From a virus (taxonomy: Duplodnaviria; Heunggongvirae; Uroviricota; Caudoviricetes): DNA of 4,296 nucleotides. The stretch lies in IMG/VR virus record IMGVR_UViG_3300029229_000093; one strand, given 5' to 3'. Each line of letters opens with the position of its first letter. The first letter of the stretch is position 1. Shown here piece after piece: positions 1-4,296 of this stretch. The position numbers and the translations under genes were made by a program. The notes below the pieces were generated by a model. That model was not told the origin of the DNA and made no database searches. It was given only the letters and a program-made list of their open reading frames with translations.

Positions 1-24
1 TTTTTGTTTTTATTTTCAACGCAT

Positions 25-54
25 TTGAAGTTCTGGACGGTGCCGGAATAGAAT
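25..54 (+). promoter_or_regulatory. Candidate sigma70 promoter upstream of the first ORF
   Basis: TTGAAG (25-30), 18-bp spacer, TAGAAT (49-54). Sequence match only. Confidence 0.25.
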
Positions 55-132
55 CAAAAATACTTAAGTAGCGCGCAGGGATAAGAGGGATGGTCCCTTA
101 AAGGGGAGAGCTAATTATCCGGAAGGATTCTG

Positions 133-384
133 ATGATGAACATCGAAGAACTGCGTAAAATTTTTTGTGAAGATGGCCTCTATGCTGTGTGCGTTGAAAA
201 TGGAAATATTGTTAGTCATTACCGCATTGTGTGTTTGCAAAAAAATGGGGCTGCGTTAATTAATTTTGTGGATGCCCGAGTGACGGACGGATTTATCTTG
301 CGCGACGGTGAGTTTGTCACTTCATTACAGGTATTGAAAGAGATCGGAATAAAAGCTGGCTTTTCTGCTTTTTCAGAAGAATAA
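133..384 (+). CDS. Hypothetical small prophage protein (83 aa)
   Basis: Intact ORF with ATG at 133 (second ATG at 136) preceded by SD-like GGAAGGA (121-127). Same strand as the downstream phage genes. Size and position resemble small proteins of the Qin nin-like region (possibly rem-like), but I cannot verify this. Confidence 0.55.
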   Translation: MMNIEELRKIFCEDGLYAVCVENGNIVSHYRIVCLQKNGAALINFVDARVTDGFILRDGEFVTSLQVLKEIGIKAGFSAFSEE

Positions 385-450
385 ACTCATCTACAATCTT
401 GCGCGGGGCTGAACTCCCGCTGAGTAACACCGTGCCACCGGAGAAAACCG

Positions 451-729
451 ATGGCACGCAACGCAAAATATTACAAACATGATAATTTGACCGTTCTTGC
501 CCACACGCACGAGCGGTATTCTCACGCATTTAAGTCAGACTGGTACCAGCATCCCCCATGCACTGAAGAACAGGCCGAATGGCTGATTCATAACTACCGC
601 AGACGTGGATATGAGTTTAGGAAAGCCCTCACCCTCGATTATCGTCACTGGATAATCTACGTCAGACTCCCTTATTCCGAACGCCCACCGCGTCCGTCCC
701 GCACATTCCAGCAACGCATCTGGAGGTAA
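451..729 (+). CDS. Hypothetical basic, aromatic-rich protein (92 aa)
   Basis: ORF with ATG at 451 preceded by GGAG (439-442). Stop TAA 727-729 lies just before the next gene's SD and start, giving an operon-like arrangement. No recognisable motifs. Confidence 0.5.
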   Translation: MARNAKYYKHDNLTVLAHTHERYSHAFKSDWYQHPPCTEEQAEWLIHNYRRRGYEFRKALTLDYRHWIIYVRLPYSERPPRPSRTFQQRIWR

Positions 730-730
730 C

Positions 731-1786
731 GTGCGGGTATTACTTCGACCTGTTCTGGTACCGGAACTCGGGCTGGTGATCGTTAAGCCGGGCCGTGAAT
801 CCATGCCGGTATTCCACAATACCCGGGTACTGGTGGAGCCGGAACCGAAAAGCATGCGTAATCTGCCGTCCGGGGTCGTTCCTGCCGTTCGCCAGCCGCT
901 GGCGGAGGATAAATCATTACTGCCATTTTTCAGCGACGAACGAGTGATTCGTGCTGCTGGTGGCGCTGGCGCATTGTCTGACTGGTTACTGCGCCATGTT
1001 AAATCCTGCCAGTGGCCACACGGCGATTATCACCACAGTGAAACCGTCATTCACCGTTATGGTACCGGCGCAATGGTGTTGTGCTGGCACTGCGACAACC
1101 AGCTGCGCGACCAGACCTCCGAATCACTCGGGCAACTTGCTCACCAAAACCTGTCTGCATGGATGATTGACGTCATACGCCATGCAATGAATGGCTCGCA
1201 GGAACGGGAATTATCGCTGGCTGAATTATCCTGGTGGGCGGTCCGCAATCAGGTGGCGGACGCGCTACCGGAAGCGGTATTACGTCGTTCGCTGGGGTTG
1301 CGTGCGGAAAAAATCCGCTCAATGTACCGTGAAAGCGACATCGTACCGGGAGAGCAGACCGCCACCAGCATACTGAAGCAGCGCACAAAAAATCTTGCGC
1401 CGCTGCCTCACGCCCACCAGCAAAACCCGCCACAGGAAGAGACGGTGGTCAGCATTGCCGTTGATCCGGAGTCACCGGCTCAGTATCTCCAGCGCCAGAA
1501 ATCACAACGGGAAGAGATGCCTGTATACACGCGTTGGGTAAAAACGCAGAAATGCATGACGTGTGGCAATCAGGCAGATGATCCGCATCACATCATTGGT
1601 CATGGACTGGGAGGGATGGGAACAAAGGCTGATGATTTGTTTGTTATTCCGCTGTGCCGTAAATGCCATAGCGAACTACACGCCGGGGTAAAAGATTTTG
1701 AAGAAAAACACGGCAGCCAGCTGTTGTTGCTGATTCGTTTTTTAATGCACGCGAGAAATTCGGGTGTTCTGAAGTGGAAAGCATAA
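731..1786 (+). CDS. ydfU: DUF968-family prophage protein (YdfU-like) with C-terminal HNH/zinc-finger-like Cys/His cluster
   Basis: 351-aa ORF. GTG start at 731 with strong SD GGAGG (722-726); alternative ATG at 803. C-terminus carries C-x2-C...HH...C-x2-C-H (CMTCGNQADDPHHIIGHG...CRKCHSELH, about nt 1553-1681). Length and lambdoid context match the E. coli Qin protein YdfU (about 349 aa) from memory. Confidence 0.75.
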   Translation: MRVLLRPVLVPELGLVIVKPGRESMPVFHNTRVLVEPEPKSMRNLPSGVVPAVRQPLAEDKSLLPFFSDERVIRAAGGAGALSDWLLRHVKSCQWPHGDYHHSETVIHRYGTGAMVLCWHCDNQLRDQTSESLGQLAHQNLSAWMIDVIRHAMNGSQERELSLAELSWWAVRNQVADALPEAVLRRSLGLRAEKIRSMYRESDIVPGEQTATSILKQRTKNLAPLPHAHQQNPPQEETVVSIAVDPESPAQYLQRQKSQREEMPVYTRWVKTQKCMTCGNQADDPHHIIGHGLGGMGTKADDLFVIPLCRKCHSELHAGVKDFEEKHGSQLLLLIRFLMHARNSGVLKWKA

Positions 1787-2160
1787 ATGACTGAACGCAT
1801 AGAATTTGTTTTGCCTTNNNNNNNNNNNCGCCAACGGTGAACACTTACTGGCGACGTCGTGGCAGCACATATTTTGTATCAAAAGTCGGTGAGCGTTATC
1901 GCCGTGATGTGGCGCTAATTGTTCGCCAGCAGCGGCTGAAATTAAACCTGTCCGGAAGGCTGGCGATAAAGATTATTGCAGAGCCACCGGATAAGCGCCG
2001 TCGTGACCTGGACAATATCCTGAAGGCACCACTGGATGCGCTGACGCATGCCGGACTACTTATAGACGACGAGCAGTTTGATGAAATCAATATTGTGCGC
2101 GGTCAGCTCGTTCCTGGTGGGCGGCTGGGGATAAAAATCACAGAACTGGAGTGCGCATGA
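1787..2160 (+). CDS. rusA: RusA-family Holliday-junction resolvase, interrupted by an N-run
   Basis: ATG at 1787 abuts the upstream stop (TAAATG) and encodes MTERIEFVLP before the N-run. After the gap the frame reads ...PTVNTYWRRRG...DKRRRDLDNILKAPLDALTHAGLLIDDEQ..., matching the RusA RRRDLDN catalytic region. Stop TGA 2158-2160. The two halves are out of frame across 11 Ns, so the true gap length is probably not 11. Confidence 0.7.
1818..1828. other. Run of 11 ambiguous bases (assembly gap or masked bases)
   Basis: Literal n characters in the sequence, inside the rusA reading frame. Confidence 0.99.
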
Positions 2161-2846
2161 ATAACCAGTATTTACAGTTTGTGCGTGAGCAGCTCATTAT
2201 CGCCACCGCTGATTTGAGTGGGGCAACAAAAGGTCAGCTTGAAGCCTGGCAGGAGAATGCCATGTTCGATACAGGGCGTTACAGGCGTAAAAAAATCCGG
2301 TACCGCGATGAAGTGACCGGAAAAATGATAACGCGGGATAATCCACCAATCCCGGGAAAACAATCGCTGGCGAAGGGGACGTCAATTCCTCTGGTCAGTC
2401 AGGTTGCTTTTTCTACATCATCATGGCGGCGGGCTGTTTTGTCTCTTGAAGAACATCATAAAGCCTGGTTGTTGTGGTGTTACGGCGAGAGTATTTGTTG
2501 GGAATATCAGATCGCGATAACACAGTGGGCGTGGAATGAATTTAATACTCAATCCGGTACCAGAAAAATTGCAGGGAAAACGCAGGAACGCCTGAAAAAA
2601 TTAATCTGGCTGGCTGCACAGGATGTCAGGAGATGGGTTATAGGACATGATATCTACCAGCAACAGGAGCTTGCCCGTCTGTGTGGGATTAAGCCTGACA
2701 ACTGGAGCCACAATTATGTGAGCTACTGGCGTGAAATACTCGACATTTTTATGAACCTCGATACCGAATCTCTGATTTGCACTGTGAAAAGGAGATCTCA
2801 ACAAAAAGCGGCATTTTTGCAGCGAGATATTGCAAAAGTCAATTAG
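2157..2846 (+). CDS. Putative late-gene antitermination protein Q (lambdoid Q family, 229 aa)
   Basis: ATG at 2157 overlaps the rusA stop (ATGA, 2157-2160), with SD GGAG (2147-2150). Stop TAG 2844-2846. Position directly after rusA and directly before a promoter plus short-leader terminator is the classic lambdoid Q-pR'-tR' arrangement. The ORF track also offers an upstream GTG at 2151. Family assignment is by synteny and size, not a verified alignment. Confidence 0.6.
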   Translation: MNNQYLQFVREQLIIATADLSGATKGQLEAWQENAMFDTGRYRRKKIRYRDEVTGKMITRDNPPIPGKQSLAKGTSIPLVSQVAFSTSSWRRAVLSLEEHHKAWLLWCYGESICWEYQIAITQWAWNEFNTQSGTRKIAGKTQERLKKLIWLAAQDVRRWVIGHDIYQQQELARLCGIKPDNWSHNYVSYWREILDIFMNLDTESLICTVKRRSQQKAAFLQRDIAKVN

Positions 2847-2858
2847 ATAGCATATATT
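2830..2858 (+). promoter_or_regulatory. pR'-like late promoter (sigma70 -35/-10)
   Basis: TTGCAA (2830-2835), 17-bp spacer, TATATT (2853-2858). Overlaps the 3' end of the Q ORF. Predicted start near 2865. Confidence 0.45.
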
Positions 2859-2869
2859 TTATGTAAATG

Positions 2870-2878
2870 TGATATATT
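2870..2878 (+). promoter_or_regulatory. Second -10-like element (TGaTATATT): candidate promoter-proximal pause / Q-engagement site, or alternative extended -10 promoter
   Basis: TG (2870-2871) plus TATATT (2873-2878), 20 bp downstream of the first TATATT. Lambdoid late promoters use a -10-like repeat in the early transcribed region for sigma-dependent pausing. Confidence 0.3.
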
Positions 2879-2893
2879 GCTGTAAAGTGTATA

Positions 2894-2920
2894 AACCCGC
2901 TCAAATGTGCGGGTTTTTTG
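2894..2920 (+). terminator. Rho-independent terminator (tR'-like) ending a short late leader RNA
   Basis: Stem AACCCGC (2894-2900) pairs with GCGGGTT (2909-2915) around an 8-nt loop TCAAATGT, followed by a T6 run (2914-2919). Confidence 0.75.
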
Positions 2921-2949
2921 CTTAACTCTGTGGACCTTTTTATCTGTAG

Positions 2950-2975
2950 TTGTAATATATGGATATTGTTACAAT
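2950..2975 (+). promoter_or_regulatory. Inverted repeat TTGTAA/TTACAA overlapping a candidate extended -10 promoter (TGtTACAAT) just upstream of the kinase gene
   Basis: TTGTAA (2950-2955) and TTACAA (2969-2974) are reverse complements separated by 13 bp. TG (2967-2968) plus TACAAT (2970-2975) forms an extended -10, about 7 bp before the kinase SD. Confidence 0.3.
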
Positions 2976-2992
2976 TTAGGTCGGTGAGCTTA

Positions 2993-3757
2993 ATGGAAGA
3001 ACAGCACGGTAATTACTTTATAAAACGAATTCAGTTGATTGGAAGAGGGGCATTTGGCTTTGTTGAACACGTTAAGGTTTACAACCTCAATAAAGGTGAA
3101 TGCGGGGATTATGCTAGAAAGGTTTTAGCACCCGAAAAACCAGAGCTTTTGGCGCAAATAGAGCAGTTTAGAAGGCGTTTTAAAAGGGAGGTTGTGTATC
3201 AATCACATTGCGTACATAGCAATATTGTTCCTATTTATTTGTGCGATTTGTTTGTTGAGAATCCATGGTTCATTATGGATAAAGCAGAATGTGATCTTGA
3301 GCACGAAATAACGAACAACCTTCTTACAACAGATCAAAAAATTTCAATAGTGAAAATGGTATTAGATGGTGTAGCTTACATCCATGCCAAAGGCTATTTA
3401 CACAGAGATATAAAACCCTTTAATGTTTTGCGATTTAGCGACGGAACATACAAGGTGTCTGATTTTGGTCTGGTAAAAGATACGAATCCCGAAGGGGATA
3501 CCACTAAATTGACCGAGATCGGTACCCGTATGGGAAGTACAAGATATATGGCTCCCGAGATTTTATATAATGCAGAGTATTCAGTTAAGACTGATGTTTA
3601 TGCTGTGGGACGGTTAATTGAAGACTTAAATTTAGATGATAAAAAAATAAAGCCTATCATAGCTAAGTGCACAAGGATGGATAAAGATGATAGATATCAG
3701 ACAATAGATGATGTGGCGTTTGATTTTGCGCATTCTTTTTTAAGGAGTGAGTCATGA
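2993..3757 (+). CDS. Eukaryotic-like (Hanks-type) Ser/Thr protein kinase, catalytic domain only (254 aa)
   Basis: Start ATG at 2993 with SD GGTGAG (2983-2988). Read directly: Gly-rich loop IGRGAFGFV (3038-3064), VAIK-type lysine in YARKV (K at 3119-3121), catalytic loop HRDIKPFN (3401-), DFG (3461-3469), APE (3551-3559), subdomain IX Asp in KTDVYAVG. Stop TGA 3755-3757. The longer ORF-track start at 2918 is rejected because it overlaps the terminator. Confidence 0.85.
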   Translation: MEEQHGNYFIKRIQLIGRGAFGFVEHVKVYNLNKGECGDYARKVLAPEKPELLAQIEQFRRRFKREVVYQSHCVHSNIVPIYLCDLFVENPWFIMDKAECDLEHEITNNLLTTDQKISIVKMVLDGVAYIHAKGYLHRDIKPFNVLRFSDGTYKVSDFGLVKDTNPEGDTTKLTEIGTRMGSTRYMAPEILYNAEYSVKTDVYAVGRLIEDLNLDDKKIKPIIAKCTRMDKDDRYQTIDDVAFDFAHSFLRSES

Positions 3758-4296
3758 TTCAGCTGATAGCGACTTCATCATTCTCGTATCCAAAAGAACC
3801 AGGTAGGGTCAACGAAGATTCATTGCTTCCTCCAAAAATTGTAGGAGACGGCGTCTTATTTGCCGTAGCTGATGGTGTAGGTTCATACTCTGGTGCCAGT
3901 TATGCTTCATCCATGGCAATCGCTGAACTTTCAGCATTGACAAGTTTATCTTTTGATGCAGTTCCGAATGTATTTGCTGAAGTTAAGCGAAAAGTTATGT
4001 CGTTAGCTGAAGTTAATGATGAGTTCGATAAAGCTGCTACTACACTTACCTTTTGTTATGTTTGTGATAGCGGAATTATTATTGGTCATATTGGTGATTG
4101 TCGCTTGTATTGCATTGGAGAAAAGAAAGCATATCAATTGACGAAGGACGATACCAGACATCAGATGTTAATTGATCAGAATATTTTTAAACCCAGAGAT
4201 TTGAAGAATAAACCGGGAAAAAATATCTTAACGACTGCCATAGCCTCAAATGTTGATATGGAATACGACTGTGATTTTATCCCGTGGAAAGATTTG
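3754..4296 (+). CDS. PP2C-family (PPM) Ser/Thr protein phosphatase, 5' portion (181 codons, continues past window end)
   Basis: ATG at 3754 overlaps the kinase stop (ATGA), with SD AAGGAG (3742-3747). PP2C motifs read directly: RVNED (motif 1), FAVADGVGS (DGxGG-like, D40/G41 at 3871-3876), TTLT, IGHIGDCRLY (GDSR-like, 4093-4098), LTKDDTRH (LTxDH-like), NILTTAIAS. No stop before 4296. Confidence 0.85.
   Translation, partial: MIQLIATSSFSYPKEPGRVNEDSLLPPKIVGDGVLFAVADGVGSYSGASYASSMAIAELSALTSLSFDAVPNVFAEVKRKVMSLAEVNDEFDKAATTLTFCYVCDSGIIIGHIGDCRLYCIGEKKAYQLTKDDTRHQMLIDQNIFKPRDLKNKPGKNILTTAIASNVDMEYDCDFIPWKDL

Noticed and set aside
1-20. T-rich stretch at the window start as the tail of an upstream terminator
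   Set aside because: Any stem would lie outside the window, so this cannot be evaluated.
84-100. Small inverted repeat AGGGAtggTCCCT in the 5' leader
   Set aside because: Too short to distinguish from chance, and there is no supporting context for an operator.
403-420. Hairpin GCGGG-N8-CCCGC between the first two ORFs
   Set aside because: The stem is short and not followed by a T-run, so it is not a convincing intrinsic terminator. It could be a minor RNA structure or chance.
951-1376. Plus-strand alternative-frame ORFs 951-1166 and 1191-1376
   Set aside because: Both are fully embedded in the DUF968 coding region in other frames, with low-complexity composition. They are not supported as genes.
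317-2804. Minus-strand ORFs (317-529, 535-855, 1173-1433, 1600-1800, 1644-1844, 1896-2090, 2172-2363, 2197-2385, 2601-2804)
   Set aside because: All lie antisense within better-supported plus-strand genes, are short, lack convincing ribosome-binding sites and show no motifs. They are most likely spurious.
2918-2992. Longer kinase ORF beginning at ATG 2918 (ORF-track start)
   Set aside because: This start lies inside the T-run of the 2894-2920 terminator and has no SD. The in-frame ATG at 2993 has an SD (GGTGAG) and sits about 15 residues before the Gly-rich loop, as expected for a kinase domain.
2847-2992. Shiga-toxin genes or tRNA genes downstream of Q, as found in Stx phages
   Set aside because: The interval is only about 150 bp, with no ORF resembling stxA/stxB and no tRNA-like cloverleaf. 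The slot is occupied by the kinase-phosphatase pair instead.
1-4296. CRISPR arrays, insertion sequences or terminal inverted repeats
   Set aside because: No direct-repeat/spacer periodicity and no transposase-like ORF are visible anywhere in the window.

Overview
This window reads as a segment of a lambdoid (Qin/DLP12-like) enterobacterial prophage, with every supported gene on the + strand. In order: two small unknown ORFs (133-384, 451-729), a DUF968-family protein with a C-terminal Cys/His cluster (731-1786), a RusA-type Holliday-junction resolvase interrupted by an 11-N run (1787-2160), and a putative Q-type late antiterminator (2157-2846). These are followed by a pR'-like promoter with a duplicated TATATT element and a short leader ending in an intrinsic terminator (2830-2920). 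Immediately downstream, in the slot where lambdoid phages carry cargo such as stx, sits a visibly AT-richer two-gene module: a compact Hanks-type Ser/Thr kinase (2993-3757) translationally coupled to a PP2C-type phosphatase (3754->4296, runs off the window). I consider this kinase-phosphatase pair the most interesting element; it is a candidate late-expressed defence, exclusion or host-manipulation module. All assignments rest on motif reading and gene order by eye; no database search was run.
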